The notes under the pieces: generated by a model
What the model was told of the DNA's origin: nothing
Databases searched by the model: none
Seen by the model: the letters and a program-made list of their open reading frames with translations, nothing else
Position numbers and translations under genes: made by a program
Shown: positions 52,407 through 64,000 of the stretch, piece after piece
Layout of the letters: each line of letters starts with the position of its first letter
Numbering within the stretch: the first letter of the stretch is position 1
Assembly: GCA_964016885.1 (NCBI GenBank)
Contig: OZ024740.1
Location: 315,580,001 to 315,644,000, forward strand
Length of the DNA stretch: 64,000 nt
Source: Eledone cirrhosa
Lineage: Eukaryota
Direction: 5' to 3'

Positions 52407-53269
52407 AAGAGCTCAGAATTTCTTCTTTGAGCTTATTTGATTATAAGGGAATATTGTGAGTTTTTAACTCAACATTTTAATTTGATGTATATATATATAG
52501 TTGTAAGCATAACCATGTTGTTGTGAAGTTTACTTTGCAGTCACATGGTTTAGGGTTCTATCCTTCTGTATGGAACTACAACCTCAGGACCGACTGATGC
52601 TTGTCAATGAATTTGGTACATGGAAACTGAAAGGAAGCCTGGTTATGTGTATATCGTCATCATCATTGTTTTCTATCCATTTTCCATGCTAGCATGTGTT
52701 GGGCAGGTTGTAGGTTGTTATGTTCTCTAACTAGACAGGACAAATTATCCCATCTTGTTCATACATTTTGGGATTGTTTCTATGGCAGGATGCCTTTCCT
52801 AATGTTAACAACATCACAGCATGTACTGGGTGCATTTTATCATGACATCAGCATGACCACTTTACAGAATGGACAAGGTACATTTTGTAAGATAGTAGTG
52901 CTGGTGCCACAAGAAAGATTCCAGTAAACACTGTAATGTGTTTGGCATTAGGAAGGGCATCTACCTATAGAAAACCAAGCTAAAAATGAAATGTATGAGC
53001 AAGACGTGCTCACCTGCCCTGTCTAGCCCCATAATGTGACAGCCAATTTAATCCATACATGCCTGGAAAGCAGACATTAAACAGCAGTGATGATGTCACT
53101 AGAAAAAGTTCAGACTATGCAGGAATTAGGACAGATGAGGCTCTGTGCAAGTTAAGTTATGAGGCCCTTTACTTGGGTCCTGAAGGAAGTAAAAAATGTT
53201 TTTGACAGAAAGACCCCTTCCACCAGCCAACAGGACCCTGTACTTAAGTACACCTAAGCACAATGGTAA

Positions 53270-53560
53270 ATCCAGCACTGAATTCAGAGAACTACTGACT
53301 CTTTTGACAACAAAAGGTTTTCTCTCTATGAATGAAAGGCTAGCTGTATGATGCCTGCATGTGAAATGTGATGTTGCATAGAAGTATGGGCAGAAGATAC
53401 AGAGGATATGCAAAGGCTGGATGAAACAAGCATGCTGCGATGGATGTGTGATGTTAATATGCATGAACAGCAAAACATTGATGGGCTGAGAACAGCTGGG
53501 TATAAGAAGAATCATATATAGTGTGCTAGAGAAAAAAAGTGTACTGGTATAGGATGGGGG
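53270..53560 (+). mobile_element. Highly degenerate RTE 3' fragment
   Basis: Nucleotide similarity to the KFRELL..KGFSL..MLRWMC region; similar remnants at 57040-57640 and 60050-60320. Confidence 0.7.
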
Positions 53561-53745
53561 GATGTCCGGCATTGTTGATATAATAAAAGATCAACTTATT
53601 TGAATTGGAATCACTTTTTAACCCTTTAGCATTTATATTATTCTATATTTACTCTCAAATCACAGAGAAGTTCACCTCTTTGTAACTCATCCAAGAGGTC
53701 AGTAAAGTATTATTAGAAAAACAGATTAAGCTATACAGAACTCAC

Positions 53746-53892
53746 AGGTTTTCTCCTAGGAACAACACGCCACCACATATTATCACAAGGAGCACAGGTA
53801 AACTGACGACAAGCTAAGCCAATGAGGTTTTGTTTAGCATCTTCCACTAGTCTATCATTCTTCCTGATGTAGTCCAGTTTGTCAACCACATC
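53746..53892 (-). CDS. SHFL: Shiftless-like exon (RQFxCxxCDxxWWR)
   Basis: TTTTTCAG acceptor, GTGAGT donor, 147 nt, phase 0 to 0; [49 protein letters not shown] versus recalled human [21 protein letters not shown]. Confidence 0.92.
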
Positions 53893-54517
53893 CTGAAAAA
53901 TTCAAAATTTTCAATAGAAAGTCAAAATTTTAAATGTATGTTCCACAGAAAAATTGGAAATAACATAATGAAAAACATAAAAACATAAACATGGTTCATT
54001 TCTTACTATATAAAGCATTAAACCAATATATCATTATATTGTATTATTCTCTGGGGTTATTTTTCCATATATATATATATATATACATATATAATTTAGG
54101 GATTGTAACATCCAGTTACTGTAGGTTCACTAGAGTGAGCACTCAATGCATAGTTTCGAGTAGGTATATTGGGATTATACTAAGCAGAGTGTAATACTAA
54201 TAATAATTCTGTCATTACCACAACAGAAGTCTGATGAACTTTTGATTCCAGAGTCGATATAGATTGAGCCTTGAGCTGATCAATCGCGCAACACGTGTCA
54301 CACCTCAATAAATGTAATGAAGATTTAACACTTCATCCTTTTTATTATATATATATATATGGGATAACAAGTTATCATTTTAGGTAATCCAGTTAGAGGT
54401 TGTGATTACTCTGTGCTATGAATAGTTTTAATGTATGGCTTTGTTTGACTCAACAAGAGGTTTCCATAGTTAGGTAGCGAGTTCGCGAGAATTCCCATAC
54501 AGGTTATTCTTGGAGTA

Positions 54518-54801
54518 ATAATAGTGAAAGAGCGAAGAATAACATGGTCAGCTGTACAAAAAGGGTTTTATTTATAGTATTAACAATTGTTTCATTGATA
54601 AAGTGAGTCTAAAGGCCGCTGATCATTCGAAGTTGCGTCACTCGACTTTAAATGCAGCGTGTGTGTGATCAAATCATCGGAATACTCAGTATTCCGATTT
54701 GATCAGTGGCCTTTAGACTCACCTGATCAATGAAACAATTGTTAATAATGTAAATAAAACCCTTTTTGTACAGCCGATCATGTTATTCTTCACTCTTTCA
54801 C

Positions 54802-54807
<6 letters not shown>
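54518..54807. repeat. Fold-back palindrome, 108 bp arms, about 74 bp spacer, with hammerhead 3' half
   Basis: 54518-54625 versus 54700-54807; the right arm has TGATCAG..CTGATCA-AT-GAAA-CAATTG-TT; the spacer contains hairpin ATCGGAATAC/GTATTCCGAT. Confidence 0.9.
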
Positions 54808-54844
<37 letters not shown>

Positions 54845-55039
54845 TATATATTTAATATAGAAATGGATATATATATATACATATATACACATACACACAA
54901 AGTTTTCTCGAAGAGTACTCAACACATTTCTAGCTGCTGATTTCTGTCCTTTGAGGTAATTTTTACCCGATGCCATAATTGACAGCATATTCTTGCATTA
55001 AGTTTTTCTCGCTAGTCTATAAATATATGCATATATACA

Positions 55040-55233
55040 CAGGAGGTGGTGCTGAAAAGTTCCTGGCTTTAAGGGTATCACGAAAAGATAGAGCTGTTAC
55101 CTTTCCAGGTGAGGTAGGACCACTGCAATAAATGTGTGAATCTGAGAGGGGAATATGTTGAATAAAATCATAATTAACTGATCCTCCTGTATTTTCTTTT
55201 ACCCAAAGCCAGGAACTTTTCAGCACCCCCTTG
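55040..55233 (-). mobile_element. Mariner-derived MITE (second copy)
   Basis: Reverse complement of 48733-48930. Confidence 0.8.
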
Positions 55234-55279
<46 letters not shown>

Positions 55280-55663
55280 AGGGAGTGGTAAAATACCAGG
55301 TGGACCATAACCCACCAGAGTACTCGATACTTGGGGTAGTAGAATGGGTAATATGAAAAGACTCAGGACCCCGATGGCCGGAGCTCGGCTGGGGTCCTGA
55401 ATCTTTATATATATATATATATATATATATATTTGGTGTTAGGAAGGGCATCCAGCTGTAGAAAACCCACCAGATAGTCCTATGCGAGCAAGATAATCAC
55501 TCTTGCCGCAAGTGGGAAAACCCGCGTCCAAACCCATGCAAGCGTGGAACATGGACGTTAAACGATGATGATGATGATGATATATATATATATGAAATAG
55601 GAATTTAGATCAATATAATATTGTAATACATAGAAGCATCTAATATTATTTTGATCATATAAG

Positions 55664-56022
55664 CTGCTTTCCCTGCTAGCAATGGTTGGATGGGTCTAAA
55701 TAGACCAAATGAGCACTGAAGCAGGGCTACTGATCACCCAGACAGGCTAATGGGTCTGCTTTACTTGCTAGCAAGAGTTGGACATGTCTACAAAGACCAA
55801 TAGATCAACTGACCTCCTAGACAGACTGAGGGGTCTGCTTTCCTTGATAGCAAGGTTTGGATGGGTCAACATAGACCAAGTGAGTACTATGCAGAGTTAC
55901 TGACCTCACAGACAGGCTGAGGGTCTGCTTTCGATGCTAGTCTAGCAAGAGTTAGATGGGTCTACATAAACTAAGTGAGTACTGAAGTGGAGCTACTGGT
56001 CTCCCAGAGAGGCTGAGGGCTC
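55664..56022. repeat. Tandem array of 4 diverged 80-95 bp units derived from an RTE/SINE tail
   Basis: Repeating CTGCTTT...CTAGCAAG.GTTGGA.GGGTCTA.ATAGACCAA...CAGACAGGCTGA; a single copy of the unit is at about 18490-18590. Confidence 0.8.
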
Positions 56023-58167
56023 TATATCCTATTTACATATATATATGTATATACTTCTAAACTTATCTTACTAAATTTGAAACCTAAAATAATCCTTTCA
56101 TGCACACATTGAACAAAAATTTTGAGCCAGCTTAATTCTATGCATTGTACATACATTGAAGTATTTTATCAACACTTTTTCAATCATAACTTTTTATACC
56201 TTATTAATATTTAAAACAATTCATAATAGATATTCGCTTTATATATTCATTTTTAATGAACCCTATTTAATTTTCAAGGTCCTAAATATATATACTTCCT
56301 CCATTTATTATGTAACTATACCCTCACCTAAGTTATATTTCCAGCTCTATATTTAGTGTACATTATCTCCCTGGCACCGAAATAATTTACTGAATTATCT
56401 TAAGTTCTTGAACAACACTATTAATGTTTTTATAGCTAATTATTACCGTTTTATGCTCCCATACGTTAAGTTTGTATTTTTTAAGCATTCTTGAAGGACA
56501 TTTTAAAATGTGATTTCATTTTCAATTCGGTTTGGAATTGAAAGCCTGTCTTATTTCTGTCTAAATCTTAACGATGTCTATCTCTGTTTATTTAAACAAC
56601 TATTTCTAACTCATATTTTCACAAATGTAAGATATTTTAATATATATAAAAATGAGAAAACTCATCGTTAGAACAGCCGTTAAAACAGTTAAGTGCTGTC
56701 AAAGACAGCAATGGTAAAAAATGCCTCAGAGGATAGAGTCCCGCGGCCAGTGGTCAACAGAGAGACAATCCACAAGATGGGTGATAGGCAGATGAAATAA
56801 AACAAAGATTGAAAGAGGAGGAGGACAGGGAGAAGTGATTGGAAAAAGGAAATAAAGAAAGGCGGTGTACAAGACAAGTTTATAGACACACATCTTCACC
56901 CCCATCAGCTCTCAAACCAGAAAAATGGCTTCACACAATTTAATTGAGATTGACTCTCATGAATTCAGTTCTTCAAATTGATCTGTCTTTCATTGATTGT
57001 TGGACTAGTGAAACATGTGTAAGTCAATGAAATGATTTAATATAGCAGCGGAGGAGGGTGCTCGGAAAGCATAATAGCTAGAATAAGGATAGGATGGAAA
57101 AAAGTTTTGAGAGCTACTCCCACTGTTGACTACAAAAGGTTTCTCCCTATATACAAAATGATAACTGTATAGTGACCTGTGTGTGAAGTGTGATGCTCCA
57201 TGGTAGGGAAACATGGGCTGTGACTGTGGAGGACGTGTATAGATTGGAGAAAAATGAAGCAACTATGTGCTGTTGGATGTCCAATGTGTGAGAGAGAGGC
57301 AGAGGTTGGATGAGTTGAGGGAAAAGCTGAGTATAAGAGGAATCTGTGGATTTATGCAGGAGAGAAGACTGTGTTGGTATGGACATGTGATGTACATGGA
57401 TGACGACCACTGGGTGAAGAAATACCAGGAAATCCCAGTGGAAGGAAGTCACAGTAGAATTAGACCAAGAAAGACTGGGCAGAGGTTGTGAGAGCTGACC
57501 TCAAATCACTAAAACTAACAGATGAGATGATGAAGGAACACAGCAAGTGGAGGGATGCCATGCTGAGAAGGACCCATCCAACCCAAGCAAGCATGGAAAA
57601 GGGGACGTAAAAATGGTGAACATAATAATGATGATGAATCCTTGACTTTTCTGATATTTATATAAATATAATCATCATTTTACATTTACTTTCCATACAT
57701 ACACAGATCGATTTTCATCATTTTTACAGTTTCTTTTTCATGCTAACATTGTATATGTATGCATGCGTGTGTAAACAGAAAATTATATTTCAATGAAAAA
57801 AGTACTGAAAATGTCTGCCAGCTTTTTTTAATTGCAGCATTTAGATGAAGCATTAAACACTGGTCAAGACAGTTTGACATAGTTGATTGTATAATCATCA
57901 AAGAAAAATGTGTAGATCTGATAGATCTTTAAAAGAAAACTATTCACACACCAGTTTTTGATGAATGCAGATGGCACTGTCAACCTAGCTTATTGATTTC
58001 CATCAGTCAAATTACAAAATATTTCTGTGATAACTAATCTCTGCTAAGACAAAAGTCTGTCCATAAATCATCTTCCATTAAATCGAAGTTTTAACTCTTT
58101 AGCATTTAAATTGACCATATGCAGCCAGAATTCTCTCACCTCTTTCTGTTCAAACCGGCTACAACCT

Positions 58168-58256
58168 TCCTGATGGGCTCATGCCCTTTATGATGGGTTC
58201 ATGCTTTCATGATGGGCTCATGCCGTTCCTAATGGGCTCATGCCCTTCCTAATGGG
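58168..58256. repeat. Minisatellite, about 20 bp unit
   Basis: Repeats of ATGGGCTCATGCC(C)TTC(C)T. Confidence 0.8.
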
Positions 58257-58775
58257 TATCCAGCTCTAGAAAACTAATCAATAACAACAAATGCTACTTC
58301 ATCAATAACTAAAATTTGTTAAGCAATACATACTAATCTCATTAATTAATTAATTGGCATTTAACATTATAATTAAGTAATATTTTGGAATTAAAAGCAC
58401 TAAGTCGACCCTATATGATGATATGCTGCCACAACAAAAGCACCTAGTCTCTCCTGTAGGGCGGTTGTGTTGATGACACAAGAAACAAGCATCCAATTCG
58501 CCCTGTAAGATGGTTGTGCCGGTGACATGACAAAAGCCACCCAGTCCATCCTGTTAGATGGTCATTTTGGTGCCACCACAAAATAAAAAGCACTCAATCC
58601 ACCCTGTTAGATGTGTTTTGGTGTACCCAGTCCACAGTGTGGCATCCAGCCATAGAAACCAAGCCAAAATACAGATCCACATGAGCAGAACATGGTCACC
58701 TGACCTGACTTGTCTCATAATGTGATAATCTATCTAACCCATCCATGCTAATGAGGAAAAATAAATATTAAACAA

Positions 58776-59253
58776 TCTAAACTATAATAAAGGGAGGAGT
58801 GCGGGACTACGTCCAGAATATATTTTTTTAATCCCATTTGTAAAATAAGTTGGATTACTTTGAATAAATAATGAATGAATATTATATAATTTATTGACTA
58901 AATTTCGATAATATTGATTAAATATATATGATTTTGTAGCTTATTTTGAGATTCACTTCTTTAAATTTTTAAAATGTCAACACTTCCGGTTAGCGATCGC
59001 TTAAATAAACACTCATATTTTGTCACTAATTTTCTCCTAATGCAGTTTATATATAATATCGTCTTTTTTTAATGTATCATGGATTACTTTACTGATTACA
59101 TAAGACAGTTTAACACAGACTTCGTTCAATTTTTGTGTATATTGTCAATTTCGATTTTATTTGATGTATCATATCTACATGTTTATATACTTGTGTATAA
59201 TATCAATATGTATGCTAGCAGAAAACCACCCGAAGTGTGGTTTTTTCTGCTAG
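58776..59253 (+). mobile_element. Non-autonomous Helitron (second copy)
   Basis: A|TCTAAACTATAATAAAG start, 3' hairpin and CTAG end; homologous along its length to 12673-13236. Confidence 0.7.
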
Positions 59254-59724
59254 CGATGATAATGATTATAGTACATTTTTTAATGTTTGGGAGGATTGGA
59301 TTTGAAAATTTGAACATCTACATCGAATCCAATATAGGGCCTTCCCACTCCTGTGGAAGGAACCCTCCCTGGTTGACCTCCCTCACTTTCTGTTTGGTTT
59401 AGGTCGGTCATGTCTTCAGAGATGTAGCTGTACTCATCACACTTTGCCAATTGTGGGTTGGTAAGGCTATATAAGCCATAGCTGGGGTGGATGGCCATTG
59501 ACTCTGAGGAGTTTGTCTTCCTTTTTAACAATTTTTGTTTTTTGTGTTGCTGGGGTTCCATCTACCCACCCCTGACTTTGAAGCAGGTTGTATGAACATC
59601 TGTATCGTGATGCAATAATTCATGTTACTTTTGGATGGTAAAGTAAGAGCTTCCAGTCAAGTAAACTAAGATATGTTGAGTTATGTGCGATGCCCAAATG
59701 CAATATTATGGCTGTATCAAAGGT

Positions 59725-59938
59725 GGTGGAATGGTAGCATCGGTAGAGCAAGAGACATGCTTTATAACATAGTAACGCCCCTTTACGATCTGAGTGCAAA
59801 TCCTGCCTAGGTTAGCTTTGCCTTTCATCCTTACGGGGTCAATGAAATAAAGTACCAGTAATGCACTGGGGTTCATTTAGTCAACTTTCCCCTCCCATAA
59901 AATGATTGGCCTTTTACCTAAATCAGAAACCAATATTA
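59725..59938 (+). mobile_element. SINE S1
   Basis: Full S1 head, central block and tail, flanked by duplicated CAATATTATGGCTG.ATCAA; further degenerate S1 copies at 32845-32945, 46750-47150 and 63115-63250. Confidence 0.8.
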
Positions 59939-60919
59939 TGGCTGCATCAAGGCTTGGATGGCTGTATCAAGACTATGAGGTCAGTTGAAGGAACTAAAAT
60001 ACATGAAAGTTTGAACGAAGGGAGAAACTGGGTCGAAGAGGAATTCAAAGTGGTGTGCAAGAGAGATCTGCATTGGTACAGACATCTGATGCGTATGGAT
60101 GATGAACGCTGGGTGAAGAAGTGTCAGGAAATCCCAGTGGAAGGAAGCCACCATGGAAGTAGACCAAGGAAGACCTGTACAGAAGTTGTGAGAGCTGATC
60201 TCAAATTGCTGAAACTCACAAGGAGATGACAAAGGAATGCAGTGAGTGGAGAGAGGCTGTGTTGAAAAGGACCTGTCCAACCCATGCAAGCGTGAAAAAA
60301 AATGGACATAAAAATGATGATTGTTGGGAAAGAATAGTGGAATCATCTTATAAATTTAATATTGTTCTTTTCATTTCCTTTATTTGGGTAACATAACATT
60401 TTAATAATTCTTTAAGGCTAATTAAAATGTCTAGTATTGTATCAATAGTACAATGTTTAGACCTCAAGATGCTGAGTAAGGAAAATTCTTGAAAGACTAA
60501 AAATAGGTTAACCTATTTAACAGTTGAATTTAAATTGTAAAATAGTATATCAAACTTCCAGATTTTAATAGAAGAAATCAGAAGATAAATGAAAACAGGA
60601 CAGACTTAATGAAAGAAAGAAATACAAATTATAATTTTTAATTAAAGATAAAAAACACATTTCATTGACTCTTTATGTCAAAATAGTTGCTTCTGTTATG
60701 ATAAAGATTTACATCTGCAGCACTAAAAGAGAATATTTTTCTTGGCAACTTTATAGACAACCTTTCTAGTGTTGGTGATCTCCATGATAAACATACTCAG
60801 CACACTCTATAAAGTGGTTGGTGATAGAAGGGCATCCAAATGTAGAAAACTGCCCAAGGAAGGGTTGAAAGAACTCTTCAACTGTGTCAAAGATGTGACA
60901 ACCACTATAGTGCTGGTCT

Positions 60920-61210
60920 CTAAGCCTAAAGTCTGTCATAAGCCAGAAGACTCATTAGGCTGGTGCTTATCCCAGTTTCATGGCATGAAGCGACTGAGAG
61001 TACAAGACTCTCCACAGAACAGGATGCCAATCCATCGCAGGGTTAGACTCCCAGCTATTGCTAGTACTCATTTTCAGCTGAGTATACTGGAGCAACATGA
61101 AATGAAGTGTTTTGCTCAAGAACACAACATGCAACCCAGCCCAGGAATTGAACCTGTGACATCATGATCATAAGACCAATACCCTTACCACTAGACCACA
61201 CGCCTCCACA
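60920..61210 (-). mobile_element. tRNA-derived SINE (S2-like head and body, different tail)
   Basis: Minus strand GGAGGCGTGTGGTCTAGTGGTAAG...GGTTCAATTCC...TCTTGAGCAAAACACTTCATTTCA; related copy at about 17605-17810. Confidence 0.7.
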
Positions 61211-61253
61211 TCTGGTGTCACGATAAAATGCATGCAGTAGAACACAGGAATGT

Positions 61254-61492
61254 ATATAAGTGAGATGTAGGCCCTTGGCTCATCTGATAGGTTATATAAG
61301 TAAGATGTAGGCCCTTGGCTCATCTGATAGGTTATATAAGTAAGATGTAGGCCCTTGGCCCATCTGATAGGTTATATAAGTGAGATGTAGGCCCTTGGCC
61401 CATCTAATAGGGTATATAAGTGAGATGTAGGCCCTTGGCTCATCTGATAGGTTATATAAGTGAGATGTAGGCCCTTGGCCCATCTGATAGGT
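61254..61492. repeat. 40 bp minisatellite, 6 copies
   Basis: Unit ATATAAGT(G/A)AGATGTAGGCCCTTGGC(T/C)CATCTGATAGGTT. Confidence 0.95.
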
Positions 61493-61704
61493 CAGTAACT
61501 CCACCTGATTACTGACTTGGCCTGTGAAGACTCTTCTAAACCTTGTTAGTAAAGGAAGATGGATGTTTGATGATGATGATGGTGATTATAGTGGTGATGA
61601 TGGTGGAGATGGTTATGATGGAGATGATGATGATAAACTAGAAAGAAAATATCAAATTTAATATGCATGTAGGAAGCCACAGAATTATAGTAATGTTTAC
61701 TTAC

Positions 61705-61745
61705 CGAAGTCTCTGTTAAAACACGGCTTAATTCTTGAGTATCAG
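61705..61745 (-). CDS. SHFL: Probable Shiftless-like small exon (41 nt)
   Basis: Strong acceptor TTTTTTCTAG and donor G|GTAAGT; phase 1 to 0, open as xDTQELSRVLTETS and frame-compatible with the 53892 exon; weak sequence similarity only. Confidence 0.6.
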
Positions 61746-63672
61746 CTAGAAAAAATAAATTCATAATTTAAATAAGATTCTAATTTTGTAGAAAAAATGA
61801 AATTAGAATGGGAGAACATTTCATAAATACTTTAACTCATGATGATTTTAGTATAAATGATATGAAGAATCTTCTTCTTCACTCACTTAGTCCTGAGGGG
61901 GTCGTGGGGGAAGAGTCCTCATACACTCCTTCCAGCGGGTCTTGTCAGAAGCAACTATCTCTAACTGATCTGGCTGGTTCCTCAAACGAGACCAGCCAAG
62001 CTCATGGATGTTATCCAACCATCTTGCTTGGGGTCTACCCATGGGTTTCCTGCTGGTTGGTTTTGCCAGTAAAATTTGTCCAGTGATTCTTTCCTGAGAC
62101 ATTCTAACCACATGGTCATAGCATCGGAACTGTGATCTCTATGAAGAATATTACAAACCATATCTAACTGTTAAAACATAATGAAGTATCTCTATATCTT
62201 ATATTAACAATACAAACTATACGGTTTTTTTATATATTACTTTTCAAAACATTACTAAAATTTCAGAAGATATATAATATGCATTAAAACATTTTAAACA
62301 AATATAAATATAAATATACCACAGTTTTACCCCTTTCGATACCAACCTAGCCAAAACCAGCTCTGGTTCTATAGAATAAAAATCACCCATCTTAAAGGCT
62401 TCCAATTTAAATTAAAATCTTCTAACAATTTTATATAAGAATCTTTTTATATAATTTTATATAAGAATCAAGTTACCATCTTAGTAATGAAATGATTAAT
62501 AATTTTAGTAAATCCCTCAAAATTCTTCATTAATCAATTAAAATAGGATATATTTCATTAGAAATGCTGTCATGAAAGGGTTAAGAAATCGTCAATATCT
62601 ACTAGAATACACATGTTTAAGGTACAGACCATAAATCTGAGTAGAAGCAAAGAAATGGATTTCTTAAAAAAGCAGGAAGTAGAGTAGACAGGAAGTTAAT
62701 AATGTTAAAGAGAAATAATTTTCTTAGAATCAGTATTGATACAAATGAAACTATACAAGAATTTAATTTTCTGTTATTAAGATACTGCTCTGATATCTTT
62801 TTAACCCTTTAGCATTTACATTACTCAATATATACTATTGTACGTTCATGGTAAAGGCTCTATCTTAAATAATTATCCCACAAAATTTCGAATCTATGAG
62901 TTTCTGATGTTATTTATTTTGAGAACAATACCTTAACGTCAGTATAAGTAGCCAGTTGCGGCCGGTTTGAACAGAAGAGGTGAGAGAAATCTAGCCAGAT
63001 GCAGCCAGTTTAAATGCTAAAGGGTTAATCCTTAAGACTTATTTCACATTTTTAGTTATCATTAGTTAAATATGTCCTGATCATGACTTAAAGGGTTTGT
63101 AATAAAGAAATATAGGTGGCAAATTGGCAGAGTCATAAGAACGTCAGATAGAATGCTTTGTGGGTATTCATTCTGACTCTCTGCCAAGGTCAACTTTGCA
63201 TTTCATTCATTTAAGGTCGATAAAAAAGTACCAGTCTAGAACTGAGGTTGATTCTTCCTCTATATCTCTTTCTCACTTGCTTTCTCTCACTCTAGCTTTC
63301 TCTGGAAGAAATCTGTTATATTCAAACCTTGAAAGGAGATAAGATCCACCAGGTTAAAAAATGCCCTAGAAATGCTATATGTGAATATGATGCTCCTTCA
63401 ACTCCCCTGGGAGTTACTGGTTCATACATGCAATAAAGAAATATTTGTAATGACCATCAGTGACTAAATTCACACAAGGTCAACCAGAATAACTAGTAAA
63501 TTGTATTTTGCTATACTTTCACTAACTGTTTGCTCAACCAGGCGCTAAATCTTTTCTGTGTCTCATTTACTGCTAAACTTGAATAGCTTCACCACAAACA
63601 TAGTCAATGTTTTGTACACAAGTTTTTCATTAAGAACTTTACATTAAGTTATCTTAGTAATGAAAAAATTAA

Positions 63673-64000
63673 TCTGTATATATATAAAATTAAGTATGTG
63701 TGTGTGTCTGTGTATTACCTATAGGAGCCTACATCTTACGACTGATTTTCATGAAACTTTACATGCTCATAGATTAGTCATCGGGGAGTGTTTTCTATAT
63801 ATCAGTGTATCATTTTTTTATTCCGGGGTCATTCTGCAGATAAAAATCGATAGGGGGGGGAGTGGGGTTACCTTTTTTTAGGTATCGAAAAATAAGATTT
63901 TTGGCTCTAGCTTCCACATTTTGCCACCGATTTCGTTCAGATTTTAAAGCAAAATAGAATTTATCATTCCACATTGTGTGGCAGCCGCTTAAATATTCAA
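63673..64000 (+). mobile_element. Helitron-like element 5' end, truncated by the window edge
   Basis: A|TCTGTATATATATAAAA start followed by a (GT)n stretch and an ACTGATTTTCATGAAACTTT motif typical of non-autonomous Helitron/DINE-like elements. Confidence 0.5.

Noticed and set aside
56488-56552. TTGAAGGA...ATTGAAAGCCTGTC as a hammerhead
   Set aside because: Core and stems too degenerate to support a call.
59280-59561. 93 aa minus-strand ORF as the SHFL N-terminus or a nested gene
   Set aside because: No recognisable motif and partly homologous to 39150-39210, so likely repeat-derived.
61254-61492. Regular 40 bp repeats as a CRISPR-like array
   Set aside because: Head-to-tail units with no unique spacers, no cas genes, eukaryotic context.

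Overview
AT-rich, repeat-dense eukaryotic (metazoan) genomic DNA. The tRNA-SINE and RTE repeat families suggest a coleoid cephalopod (octopus-like), which is an inference. There are two convergent spliced genes. (1) A complete 9-exon adenosylhomocysteinase (AHCY/SAHH) on + (CDS 4213-20222, 1296 nt, 431 aa, all introns GT-AG and in phase), with CCAAT/TATA boxes upstream. (2) The 3' five exons of a Shiftless (SHFL/C19orf66/RyDEN)-like antiviral frameshift-inhibitor gene on - (61745 to 32256), which the ORF track largely misses; its 5' exons were not found and probably lie beyond the window. The rest is mostly transposon sequence: RTE LINEs with an embedded PHD finger, a Penelope-like (Naiad-type) GIY-YIG fragment, CR1-like tails, tRNA-SINEs, mariner, Sola2-like, Helitron, hAT and piggyBac-like MITEs. 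The most unusual region is 44.7-54.8 kb, inside the SHFL introns. It holds a cluster of type I hammerhead ribozyme motifs and five unrelated fold-back palindromes, four of which have 70-74 bp spacers. The largest is a 1.35 kb hairpin with 640 bp arms, a two-eared centre and mirrored hammerheads. It is followed by a second hammerhead that carries its own anti-core sequence. All structure calls were made by eye; no folding or database search was run.
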